A stretch of 26,285 nt of DNA from Thermodesulfovibrionales bacterium (GTDB lineage Bacteria; Nitrospirota; Thermodesulfovibrionia; Thermodesulfovibrionales; SM23-35), in NCBI GenBank assembly GCA_035624555.1, contig DASPRG010000169.1, forward strand, positions 1 to 26,285. Direction: 5' to 3'. Below the pieces are notes generated by a model. That model ran no database searches. It was not told the DNA's origin and saw only the letters and a list, made by a program, of their open reading frames with translations. Position 1 is the first letter of the stretch; each line of letters starts with the position of its first letter. Positions 8,971 through 17,295 of the stretch are shown one piece after another. The translations under genes were made by a program, and so were the position numbers.

Positions 8971-10439
8971 GTCAGCTCCATAACGACCTTTTTGAATTGT
9001 CTTCCTCTGTCTTCAAAATCCAAAAACATATCAAAACTGGCGCATGCAGGAGAGAGGAGGACAACATCCCCTTTTCCTGCGATACCACGTGATATATGTA
9101 CTGCCTCTTTCAGGTCTTTAGCTATAAACGTCCCAGTAAGGTCTCCGAGAGCCTTTTTTATCTTCTCGCGGGCTTCACCGATAAGAACAAGGGCCTTTAC
9201 CCTCTCTTTTACTAAACTTCTCAGCGGCGAGAAATCTCCTGCCTTGTCTCTGCCTCCTGCAATCAGGATGACAGGCTCTTTAAAGCTCTCGAGGGACTTG
9301 ACTACAGCACCTACATTCGTCCCCTTTGAATCATTAACGTACCTGATGCCATCTATCTCTCTCACAAATTCGAGTCTATGCTCCAGACCAGGAAATTCTC
9401 TCAGGGAATCCTTTATTGCCTCCAAGGGACTTCCTGCAAGGAGAGCCATGGCCGAAGCGGCCATGGCATTCTCCAGGTTATGAACTCCTTTGATTTTTAT
9501 CTCGTCAGCATGTATGAGTGATGAGTGGCGAGTGATAAGTGACAAGTCAGGAAAATTACAGTAGATTCTTCCGTCTTTAAAATAGATACCTTCAACCTCT
9601 TTTTTCCTGCTGAAGTAAAAAATATCTGGTTTTTTACGTTTACCCTTTAACTTTTTTCGTGCAACCTCTACTGTTTTGGGGTCATCAGCATTGAGGAGCA
9701 GGAAATCTCCTCCCCTCTGGTTATCGAATATTCTTGCTTTTGCCTCAGAGTACTCTTCAATTGAATGGTATCTGTCAAGGTGGTCAGGTGTGATATTTAG
9801 AATCACGGCCCCTTTGGGTCTGAAGTCCTTTATTGTTTCGAGTTGAAAGCTTGATACCTCAGCAATAATGTAGTCAATGGTGTTTTGACTGTTGATTACC
9901 GACTTCCCATGGGTTGTAGACTGGCTTTTAGCCATTTTCAGTATCTCATCGGACAGGGCATTCCCTATGTTGCCCCCGAGGATTGTCCTGAAACCACCCT
10001 TTCTGAGGATTGCATTCAGGAGGGTAGTTGTTGTGGATTTGCCATTTGTTCCAGTAACAGCAAGAAACGATATCCGACTGCTGACTGCTGACCTATCAGA
10101 TACGAATCGCAGTGTCTGGTTGCTTGCCATCTGGTAAACAAGTTCAAGCTCCCCTATGACGGGAATACCTTTTTCCCTTGCCTTTAATAAAGGTGGAACA
10201 CTGAGGGGAACTCCAGGGCTGATTACTATCATATCAGCTGACACGAATAAGTCTTCAGGATGACTCCCCAGAGAAAGCCTGACCGAAGATTTGAGTTTTT
10301 CTCTAAAATCCATAAGTTCCTCTTCTGTTTTTCTATCTGTCACCGTCACATCAGCACCGAGTTCGGAAAGCAGATTTGCTGCTCCTATACCGCTTCTGCC
10401 AAGGCCCACAACCGTAATTCTTTTACCCTGTATTTCCAT
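8967..10439 (-). CDS. murD: UDP-N-acetylmuramoyl-L-alanine--D-glutamate ligase
   Basis: GLGRSG, SPGVP, TGTNGKSTTT, EVSSFQLE, NITPDHLDRY, HRLEFV, NDSKGTN, LSPACASFDMF. Confidence 0.99.
   Translation of the reverse strand: MEIQGKRITVVGLGRSGIGAANLLSELGADVTVTDRKTEEELMDFREKLKSSVRLSLGSHPEDLFVSADMIVISPGVPLSVPPLLKAREKGIPVIGELELVYQMASNQTLRFVSDRSAVSSRISFLAVTGTNGKSTTTTLLNAILRKGGFRTILGGNIGNALSDEILKMAKSQSTTHGKSVINSQNTIDYIIAEVSSFQLETIKDFRPKGAVILNITPDHLDRYHSIEEYSEAKARIFDNQRGGDFLLLNADDPKTVEVARKKLKGKRKKPDIFYFSRKKEVEGIYFKDGRIYCNFPDLSLITRHSSLIHADEIKIKGVHNLENAMAASAMALLAGSPLEAIKDSLREFPGLEHRLEFVREIDGIRYVNDSKGTNVGAVVKSLESFKEPVILIAGGRDKAGDFSPLRSLVKERVKALVLIGEAREKIKKALGDLTGTFIAKDLKEAVHISRGIAGKGDVVLLSPACASFDMFLDFEDRGRQFKKVVMELT
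9512..9546. repeat. Heptamer array inside murD
   Basis: Plus strand GTATGAG TGATGAG TGGCGAG TGATAAG TGACAAG, encoding LSLITRHSSLI on the coding strand. Confidence 0.8.
9885..9905. repeat. Heptamer array inside murD (STRR3-like)
   Basis: Plus strand TTGACTG TTGATTA CCGACTT. The coding strand contains CAACAGT (9888-9894). Confidence 0.55.
10074..10094. repeat. Heptamer array inside murD
   Basis: Plus strand CCGACTG CTGACTG CTGACCT, encoding RSAVSSR. Confidence 0.65.
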
Positions 10440-11535
10440 TTGTATTTTTTTCTAGGACTCTGTAATCTTTCCCCTTTTTAGTCTTTGCAAGTGTTTTTGT
10501 CTTACTCCTTTTCTTTGCAATGGAATTTGTTCCACTTTTTTTCTTTGTCAGTTTTGTCTTTGCTTTCAGCTTTGAACTTTTAACCTGAACCTTTGAATTT
10601 TTCTTATAGGTTGCCTTTCTCACATTGTAAACATCGTAATCTGCTTTTGTGAAATAGATAACAGGTTCTTCTTTGTTGACCATAATGTTAAACCCCTTAT
10701 CAATAAGGGTCTCTGTCTCTTTCCAGAGGTTCACCCTGCTCGGGCTCCCGAGAAGGGCAACAATTACTGTATCCTTTTCACGCTCAGCTGCACATACAAA
10801 ACAGTGCCTTGCCGCGCGTGTATATCCTGTTTTTCCTCCTATAAGGTCTTCATCAGACCATAATAGTTTGTTTGTGTTCTTGAGAAATAAGCCGTTTCCC
10901 TTTTCTGTCGAGACCTCTGCCACACGAGTTCCGATTATTTCTTTCAGTTTTGGGTATCTCAAGGCATACCGCATCATGAGCGACAAATCAAAGGCAGTTG
11001 TATACTGGTCTTGGCCAGGGAGGCCATGAGGATTTATGAATTTAGTATCCCTTAGCCCAATAGCTTCTGCCTTTCTGTTCATGAGGTAGACAAAGTTCTC
11101 CTCAGAACCAGCTACAGCTTCTGCGAGAGCAACAGCAGCATCATTTGCAGACTTCAGGAGTGCGGCATAGAGAAGTGTCTCAATGGTTACCTCATCCCCC
11201 TCTTTGAACCCTGCCTTTGAAGGAGAAACCAGAGAGGGATTTTTGCTTATCCTTACAATATCCGAAAGATTTTTCTCTTCTATGGCTACAATTGCTGTCA
11301 TCAGCTTTGTTGTACTTGCCGGAGGAAGCCTGAGATTCGGATTCTTTGCATAAAGGATCCTTTCTGTTGATGCCTCCATCACGACTGCTGCCCGGGAATT
11401 AAAATCATCAGCATGTACGACGGTGGGAAGTGAAAACTGAAAAGTGAAAAGGATAAAGACTAAAATGAAAGATAATTTTTTCTGCTTGACAACTGACGAC
11501 TGAAGACTGACGACTAACGACTGTTTCATGATCAC
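10423..11535 (-). CDS. Serine-type D-alanyl-D-alanine carboxypeptidase/endopeptidase (peptidase S11, low-molecular-weight PBP) with Lys-rich tail
   Basis: SxxK (PASTTK), SxN (KSAN), KTG (GKTGYT), NPHGL, signal-peptide-like N-terminus ending VHA|DD. Start is GTG 11535 or ATG 11529. Confidence 0.93.
   Translation of the reverse strand: MIMKQSLVVSLQSSVVKQKKLSFILVFILFTFQFSLPTVVHADDFNSRAAVVMEASTERILYAKNPNLRLPPASTTKLMTAIVAIEEKNLSDIVRISKNPSLVSPSKAGFKEGDEVTIETLLYAALLKSANDAAVALAEAVAGSEENFVYLMNRKAEAIGLRDTKFINPHGLPGQDQYTTAFDLSLMMRYALRYPKLKEIIGTRVAEVSTEKGNGLFLKNTNKLLWSDEDLIGGKTGYTRAARHCFVCAAEREKDTVIVALLGSPSRVNLWKETETLIDKGFNIMVNKEEPVIYFTKADYDVYNVRKATYKKNSKVQVKSSKLKAKTKLTKKKSGTNSIAKKRSKTKTLAKTKKGKDYRVLEKNTNGNTG
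10563..10597. repeat. Heptamer array in the S11 peptidase C-terminal tail
   Basis: CTTTCAG CTTTGAA CTTTTAA CCTGAAC CTTTGAA. Confidence 0.7.
11430..11457. repeat. Heptamer array in the S11 peptidase signal peptide (hydrophobic part)
   Basis: GTGAAAA CTGAAAA GTGAAAA GGATAAA. Confidence 0.75.
11485..11523. repeat. Heptamer array in the S11 peptidase N-terminus
   Basis: CTTGACA ACTGACG ACTGAAG ACTGACG ACTAACG ACTG, encoding QSLVVSLQSSVVK. Confidence 0.85.
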
Positions 11536-12614
11536 CTCACCTTTAGTGTTGCCAGACTTAATAAAGCCAGCATCATTCCTATTATCCAGAACCTTACAAT
11601 TACTTTTGGTTCAGGCCATCCTTTTAATTCAAAGTGGTGATGGATGGGTGCCATTTTAAACACCCTTTTACCCGTGAGCTTAAAGGATAGTACCTGCAGC
11701 ATGACAGAGATTGTTTCTATAACAAAGATTCCTCCTACTACTGCAAGGACTATCTCATGCTTTGTTATTACCGCGAGGGTACCGAGGGAACCACCGAGCC
11801 CGAGAGAACCCACATCACCCATAAAAATATCAGCTGGATAAGAGTTATACCAAAGAAACCCAAGGGAAGAACCAAATATGGCACCACAAATAACGGTTAA
11901 TTCTCCAGTGCCTGGGAGATAGAGGACCTGAAGGTACTGGGCTAATCCCTTATGCCCTGATATGTAGACGAGTACACCTGTGGCAAGGACGGCAATGGCA
12001 ACAAGACCTATTGCAAGTCCATCGATACCGTCTGTGAGGTTAACTGCATTGGATGAGCCCACAATTACAATTGCTGAGAATGGTATATAGAACAAGCTGA
12101 GGTCAAAGAGCCATTTCTTAAAAAAGGGAACACTTAAGATATCTGCATATGGGTCCTTTGGATTCATGTAGAGGAAGATGCCTATTAAGAGCGCAAGGAC
12201 AATCTGGTTGCCGAACTTGTAAAAGGCCCGTAGACCCTTGTGATTTTTCCTTATGATCTTGAGATAATCGTCGAGAAGACCGATTAGTCCAAAACCTGCA
12301 AGGGAGATAATCATGACCCAGACATACATATTTTTCAGGTCTCCCCACAGAAAAATAGAAAGGAGTATGCACAGAATGATGAGGATCCCGCCCATTGTAG
12401 GAGTGCCTGCCTTGTTCATATGGGTTTTTGGACCGTCATCCCTAATCTGCTGGGTCATACTGAATCTTTTCATTCTTCCTATAATCCATGGTCCCAGGAG
12501 AAGAGAAAACAATAGTGCCGTAAGCACTGCGAGGGAGGTCCTGAAGGTAATGTACCTGAAGACATTCAGAGGAGAAAACCAGTCATGTAAATTGTACAGA
12601 AGGCTATATAACAT
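11532..12614 (-). CDS. mraY: Phospho-N-acetylmuramoyl-pentapeptide-transferase
   Basis: IRDDGPKTH..KAGTPTMGG, GLLDDY, SNAVNLTDGIDGLA, FMGDVGS, MAPIHHHFE. Confidence 0.99.
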   Translation of the reverse strand: MLYSLLYNLHDWFSPLNVFRYITFRTSLAVLTALLFSLLLGPWIIGRMKRFSMTQQIRDDGPKTHMNKAGTPTMGGILIILCILLSIFLWGDLKNMYVWVMIISLAGFGLIGLLDDYLKIIRKNHKGLRAFYKFGNQIVLALLIGIFLYMNPKDPYADILSVPFFKKWLFDLSLFYIPFSAIVIVGSSNAVNLTDGIDGLAIGLVAIAVLATGVLVYISGHKGLAQYLQVLYLPGTGELTVICGAIFGSSLGFLWYNSYPADIFMGDVGSLGLGGSLGTLAVITKHEIVLAVVGGIFVIETISVMLQVLSFKLTGKRVFKMAPIHHHFELKGWPEPKVIVRFWIIGMMLALLSLATLKVR

Positions 12615-12615
12615 T

Positions 12616-13980
12616 TTATTCTGTCTCCAGAACCCGTTCCATACGCATACCCCTCGACCCCTTTATCAGAAGGGTATCTCCTTCTTTACAGATACCCCTA
12701 ATCATTTCCCGAGCATCGAGAGAATTCCGAAATGTATAAAACTTTCGTGTGAATTCGGATGCTGCAGAAGACATCAAGGGTCCTATCGCCACAAAGATGT
12801 CAATCGGCAGTTCTGACATCCAACTCACGAGTTTTCTATGGGCATCATATTCATAAGAGCCGAGTTCCAGCATATCTCCCAAAACAGCAATAGCCCTTTT
12901 CTTCTTGAGCCTGACAAGTTCTTTTATGGCCTCCTCCATAGAAGCCGGGTTTGCGTTATATACATCACTGATAATTTGAAGGCCCTTGAGTTCTTTAATC
13001 TCGAATCTCATCGGGATGCTACTAAAAGAATCTATCACATTCTTTATATCCCTCAGTTCAATATGAAAGAGATGACCAATAGAGGCAGCTGCGAGGAGAT
13101 TATAAATATTAAATTTCCCTGATATTTTCGGATTGACTTCTACAGATTTGTTCTTGCCGATGTGTAAGAGAAAGGTAGAACCCTTTTCATGAAGCCTGAT
13201 ATTCGTCGCATAGATTTCGGCGTCATTGTCTATCCCGTATCTGACTATTCTCCCTTTGAACCCTGAGTTTTGAATACCTTCTATCAAGAAGGAATCATCA
13301 GCGTTCACAACAGCCACACGAATATAATTCAAAATTTCAAGTTTTGTCCTCCTCAGGGTCTCCATATCCTTAAAACCCTCGAGGTGGGATGGACTGATAT
13401 TTGTTATAACACCATAATCTGGCATTGCTATTTCGCATAACTCCTTTATATCGCCCGGTATACTTGCACCCATTTCTAAAACAGCAGCCTCATCCTTTTC
13501 ATTTATCCCTGTTAAAGTCAGGGGAAGTCCGATGTGATTATTCAGATTACCTGTATTTTTCAGTACCCTGTATGTAGAGCTCAGGATCGATGCTATGAGT
13601 TCTTTTGTGGTTGTCTTGCCATTCGATCCTGTGATGCCAATGACAGGAATGGCTCTTTTCAGGCGCATATAATGAGCCATCCCCTGAAGGGCCTTGAGTG
13701 TGTCCTCCACAGTGATGATGGTTTTCCCCTCTATCAGTTCCGCAGGAGGAAATGTTACAAGAGCGCCGCTTCCTACCTGTAATGCCTCTTGAAGAAAATC
13801 GTGCCCGTCAAATCTCTTGCCTTTGAGGGCAATGAATAACTCGCCTTCTTGTATCAATCTTGAATCTATTGACACACCAGTGAAGGTATGAGCATTTTCA
13901 CAGATAACTTTCCCCCCTGTTGCTGCAATGATATCTTCGATTTTCAAAACCCCTTTAATCTCATTTCCGAGCATCCACAA
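12616..13980 (-). CDS. murF: UDP-N-acetylmuramoyl-tripeptide--D-alanyl-D-alanine ligase
   Basis: SIDSR, ITGSNGKTTTKE, NLNNHIGLP, VLEMG, DVYNANPASM, GDMLELG, KGSRGM. Exact start uncertain (TTG 13980 or ATG 13974). Confidence 0.98.
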   Translation of the reverse strand: MWMLGNEIKGVLKIEDIIAATGGKVICENAHTFTGVSIDSRLIQEGELFIALKGKRFDGHDFLQEALQVGSGALVTFPPAELIEGKTIITVEDTLKALQGMAHYMRLKRAIPVIGITGSNGKTTTKELIASILSSTYRVLKNTGNLNNHIGLPLTLTGINEKDEAAVLEMGASIPGDIKELCEIAMPDYGVITNISPSHLEGFKDMETLRRTKLEILNYIRVAVVNADDSFLIEGIQNSGFKGRIVRYGIDNDAEIYATNIRLHEKGSTFLLHIGKNKSVEVNPKISGKFNIYNLLAAASIGHLFHIELRDIKNVIDSFSSIPMRFEIKELKGLQIISDVYNANPASMEEAIKELVRLKKKRAIAVLGDMLELGSYEYDAHRKLVSWMSELPIDIFVAIGPLMSSAASEFTRKFYTFRNSLDAREMIRGICKEGDTLLIKGSRGMRMERVLETE

Positions 13981-15581
13981 TGCTCATTCACTCCCTGAAT
14001 TCGCAATTTGTCTTTAATCGCCTCCTCAAGAATTTCTCTATCATTCAATCGATACCGCTTGCCTTTGATTTCTTGGTAATCCTCATGACCCTTGCCTGCA
14101 ATAAGGACGATATCTCTATCACATGCTAAATCTACTGCCTTTCTGATTGCTTCTCTTCTGTCGGGTTCTTTCATGTAGTTTCTTCTTACAGCGCCATCTT
14201 CGATCTCCCTGATGATATCGGATGGTTCTTCTGACCGAGGATTATCAGAAGTCAGAATAACAATGTCACTCAGCTTTGTTGCTACAGCACCCATCTTTGG
14301 TCTCTTACCACGGTCTCTGTCTCCCCCGCATCCAAAGACGGTAATTATACGTGGCACTTTCTTTAGTTCATAGTTAGTGAACTGGTCATTGGTCATTGGA
14401 CATTGGTCATTTGTCACTGGTACCAATGTCTGATGACTATTGACGGATGACTTTTTTATGATATCCCTTGCTGTACATATCAGCCTATCAAGAGCATCAT
14501 CTGTATGGGCATAGTCAATAAGGCAAAGGAAGTTTTGACCAAGGTCAATTTTTTCGAACCTCCCTGTAACACCATCAGTCTTTCTTATGCCTTCAAGGAT
14601 TATCTGCCACGGGACTCCCAGGGAGATTGATACGCCAGCTGCAGACATGATGTTGTATACATTAGGCAGACCTATCAAAGGGGATGCGACATCGTAACTC
14701 CTGCCGCGGAAAGATATCTTAAATCTCAGTCCCTCAGAGGATGGATTCATTTCCCTCGCGACGATATCTGCTGCATCCTCAAGCCCGTATGTCAGTATCC
14801 TGCTCGGTTCTGAGTCTTGTCCGCCTGAGGCAGATCCAAACTCTGAGGCTAACCTCTTCCCATAGGAGTCATCCAGATTTATTACAGAGGTTCCATTCTT
14901 GTCGAGGAGCTCCCTGAATAATCTCTCTTTTGACCGGAAATAACTTTCCATCGTTTTATGAAAATCCAGATGGTCTCTCGTGAGATTGGTGAAAACAGCA
15001 ACCTTGAAAACAGCCTCATCCACCCTGTGCTGTTCAAGGGCATGGGAGGATACCTCTGAAATAACATGGGTGCAACCGGAAGAGAGCATATCTTTTAACA
15101 GACCATGGAACTCTAAAGATTCAGGTGTTGTGAAAGGTGCAGGATAGATCCTGTCTTTTACCATGTAGTGTATCGTGCCAATCAGGCCAACGTCCTTTCC
15201 CCAGGATTCGAGTATGGACTTGAGGATATACGTTGTTGTTGTCTTCCCGTTTGTACCTGTTATACCGATGAGGAAAAGATTTTCTGATGGCATTCCGTAA
15301 AAATTATGTGCAATGCAAGCAAGGGCTTTTCTGCTATCTTTGACGCGGATGTAAGCAATCTTTGCGTCTCTCAAGTCTCTCTCCCCCATTACTGCGATCG
15401 CTCCTTTCTTGATTGCTTCTGTGATAAAATCATGTCCATCATACCTTTCACCCTTTATCGCTACAAACAGATAGCCCTCTTTTACCTTCCGTGAATCATA
15501 AGCCACACCCTTTACATCTCTATCCAGTGACAGAGAGTTGTTTACAAAATCACAGCCTTGAAGAAGTTCTTTCAAGATCAT
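13944..15581 (-). CDS. murE: UDP-N-acetylmuramoyl-L-alanyl-D-glutamate--2,6-diaminopimelate ligase
   Basis: YDSR, TGTNGKTTT, TTPES, EVSSHAL, TNLTRDHLDFH, DYAHT, VFGCGGDRD, DNPR (meso-DAP specificity motif), GKGHEDYQ. Confidence 0.99.
   Translation of the reverse strand: MILKELLQGCDFVNNSLSLDRDVKGVAYDSRKVKEGYLFVAIKGERYDGHDFITEAIKKGAIAVMGERDLRDAKIAYIRVKDSRKALACIAHNFYGMPSENLFLIGITGTNGKTTTTYILKSILESWGKDVGLIGTIHYMVKDRIYPAPFTTPESLEFHGLLKDMLSSGCTHVISEVSSHALEQHRVDEAVFKVAVFTNLTRDHLDFHKTMESYFRSKERLFRELLDKNGTSVINLDDSYGKRLASEFGSASGGQDSEPSRILTYGLEDAADIVAREMNPSSEGLRFKISFRGRSYDVASPLIGLPNVYNIMSAAGVSISLGVPWQIILEGIRKTDGVTGRFEKIDLGQNFLCLIDYAHTDDALDRLICTARDIIKKSSVNSHQTLVPVTNDQCPMTNDQFTNYELKKVPRIITVFGCGGDRDRGKRPKMGAVATKLSDIVILTSDNPRSEEPSDIIREIEDGAVRRNYMKEPDRREAIRKAVDLACDRDIVLIAGKGHEDYQEIKGKRYRLNDREILEEAIKDKLRIQGVNEHCGCSEMRLKGF
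14382..14451. repeat. Ten-unit heptamer array forming an imperfect inverted repeat inside murE (STRR2-like)
   Basis: CTGGTCA TTGGTCA TTGGACA TTGGTCA TTTGTCA CTGGTAC CAATGTC TGATGAC TATTGAC GGATGAC, centred on GGTACC at 14419-14424. Confidence 0.9.
14820..14834. repeat. GC-rich mini-hairpin inside a murE loop
   Basis: The mRNA strand reads UCUGCC-UCA-GGCGGA, a 6-bp stem with one G.U pair, inside the apparent insertion GSASGGQDSE. Confidence 0.35.
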
Positions 15582-17275
15582 TTCGCTACCAGTAGAGTGT
15601 TCTCGTAAGGGATATCTCTCCTCGGTATATTGAGATATGATAGAGCTTGGTTTGCAATATCCCTGAAAACAGGTGAAGCTACTACCCCTCCGTAAATTTG
15701 GCCTTTGGGTTCATAAACAACAACTATGAGTGCAAACCTCGGTTTATCAGCAGGTACAAACCCAATAAAGGAGCTGACATATTTTTCTCTCGAATATCTT
15801 TTTGTCTTCGGATCTATCATCTGGGCTGTCCCTGTCTTGCCTGCAACCTCATCTCCCTCAATGGAAGCTTTTTCGCCAGTCCCTCCTTCTACCACACTCT
15901 TGAGGATTTCTCTAAATATCTCGGCAGTCTTTGAAGAAAGTATGCGTTTCCTTTCGCTATCTATGGACGAAAAAAGAGTCTGGCCTTCAGGGGAGATTAT
16001 TTCAGATACGACATGAGGCCTTACGAGGAATCCTCCATTTGCAATTGCAGAGTAGGCTCGTAATATCTGAAGTGGTGTCACTGCAACTTCTTGACCAATT
16101 GGTATCGCACCAATAGATGTCCCTGACCATAGCTCGGGTGGGTGTATCCATCCAGAGACCTCACCTGGTAAGTCTATCCCTGTTTTTTCACCAACTCCCA
16201 ACAGTTTTGCGTACTTATATATCCTTTCCTTTCCGAGCTTCATGCCAATCATAATAGCACCTACATTGGAGGACTTCTGGATAACCTCCTTGAATGTCAG
16301 TACCCCAGATCTGTGAACATCGTGAATAGTTTTTCTTCCAACCTCAATAGCTCCTTTGCTGACATCAAAGAGTGAATGAGGTGTTGCTATTTCTTCCTCA
16401 AGTGCTCCGATACCAACAACAATTTTGAATGTAGAACCAGGTTCATAGCAATCAGTTATAGCCCTGTTTCTCTTCTCGAAGTCTTTAGCCTTTCCCGTGT
16501 TGTTAGGGTCATACGAGGGCCTGTTAGCGAGGGCAAGGATCTCGCCGGTAAAAGGATCCATCATAATGGCTGATGCTGCAGCAGCCTTCCATTTTACCAT
16601 TGCTTTCTCTATCTCCTTTTCTACAATACCCTGTAGCCCTTCATCGATAGTGAGTACAATATTATTGCCCTTTGCTTCTTTGTTTACTCCTGATGAAAGT
16701 GTTCTTCCACCTGCATCTCTTTCAGAAAATACCTTGCCACCCCTTGTTTTTAGATACCGGTCAAATTGGAGTTCGACCCCTTCGAGGGCCTGGTTATCAA
16801 CTCCAACAGAGCCAAGTATGTGTGAAGCAAGTTTTCCTTTCGGATAAACCCTTTTTGCCTCATTCATAAAACCCAGACCTTTAATATTAAGGTCTTTTAT
16901 CCTCTCTGCAATATCAGGCTCAAGTTTTCTTTCAATCCATACAAATTTCCCTTCTTCTGGTATCTTCGCGAGAATAACCTCTGGTTCCTTTGCCAGAGCA
17001 AAAGAGAGTTTCCTTATGTTCTCGTTATCAAGGTGAAAGTTCTCAGGTTCACAATAGAGAGATTCCAGTTCGAGGTTCAATGCGAGTTGTCTTCCATCCC
17101 TATCAAATATTATTCCCCTTCTCACCTGTATGTCTTCAACCTTTATATGTTGCTGTTTGGCCTTCTCTGAAAGCAGCTTGTGGTTGAGGATCATTAAATC
17201 TGTTAAACGCAGAAATAATGCAAAAAAACTAAAAATGATTATCGTATTCAGGATGACCCACCGTTTTTTATTCAA
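15578..17275 (-). CDS. ftsI: Class B penicillin-binding protein FtsI/PBP3
   Basis: N-terminal TM helix, RGIIFDRDG, RVYPKG, GVELQFD, LTIDEGLQ, EPGSTFK (SxxK), KSSN (SxN), GKTGTAQ (KTG). TTG start with GAGGTG SD. Confidence 0.97.
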   Translation of the reverse strand: MNKKRWVILNTIIIFSFFALFLRLTDLMILNHKLLSEKAKQQHIKVEDIQVRRGIIFDRDGRQLALNLELESLYCEPENFHLDNENIRKLSFALAKEPEVILAKIPEEGKFVWIERKLEPDIAERIKDLNIKGLGFMNEAKRVYPKGKLASHILGSVGVDNQALEGVELQFDRYLKTRGGKVFSERDAGGRTLSSGVNKEAKGNNIVLTIDEGLQGIVEKEIEKAMVKWKAAAASAIMMDPFTGEILALANRPSYDPNNTGKAKDFEKRNRAITDCYEPGSTFKIVVGIGALEEEIATPHSLFDVSKGAIEVGRKTIHDVHRSGVLTFKEVIQKSSNVGAIMIGMKLGKERIYKYAKLLGVGEKTGIDLPGEVSGWIHPPELWSGTSIGAIPIGQEVAVTPLQILRAYSAIANGGFLVRPHVVSEIISPEGQTLFSSIDSERKRILSSKTAEIFREILKSVVEGGTGEKASIEGDEVAGKTGTAQMIDPKTKRYSREKYVSSFIGFVPADKPRFALIVVVYEPKGQIYGGVVASPVFRDIANQALSYLNIPRRDIPYENTLLVAK

Positions 17276-17295
17276 AGCCTTTCACCTCACCACAA

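Noticed and set aside
14382-14451. CRISPR array, intein or intron as the explanation for the murE and murD inserts
   Set aside because: There is no repeat-spacer structure, the inserts are far too short for inteins and lack Cys/Ser...His-Asn ends, and the reading frames stay open.
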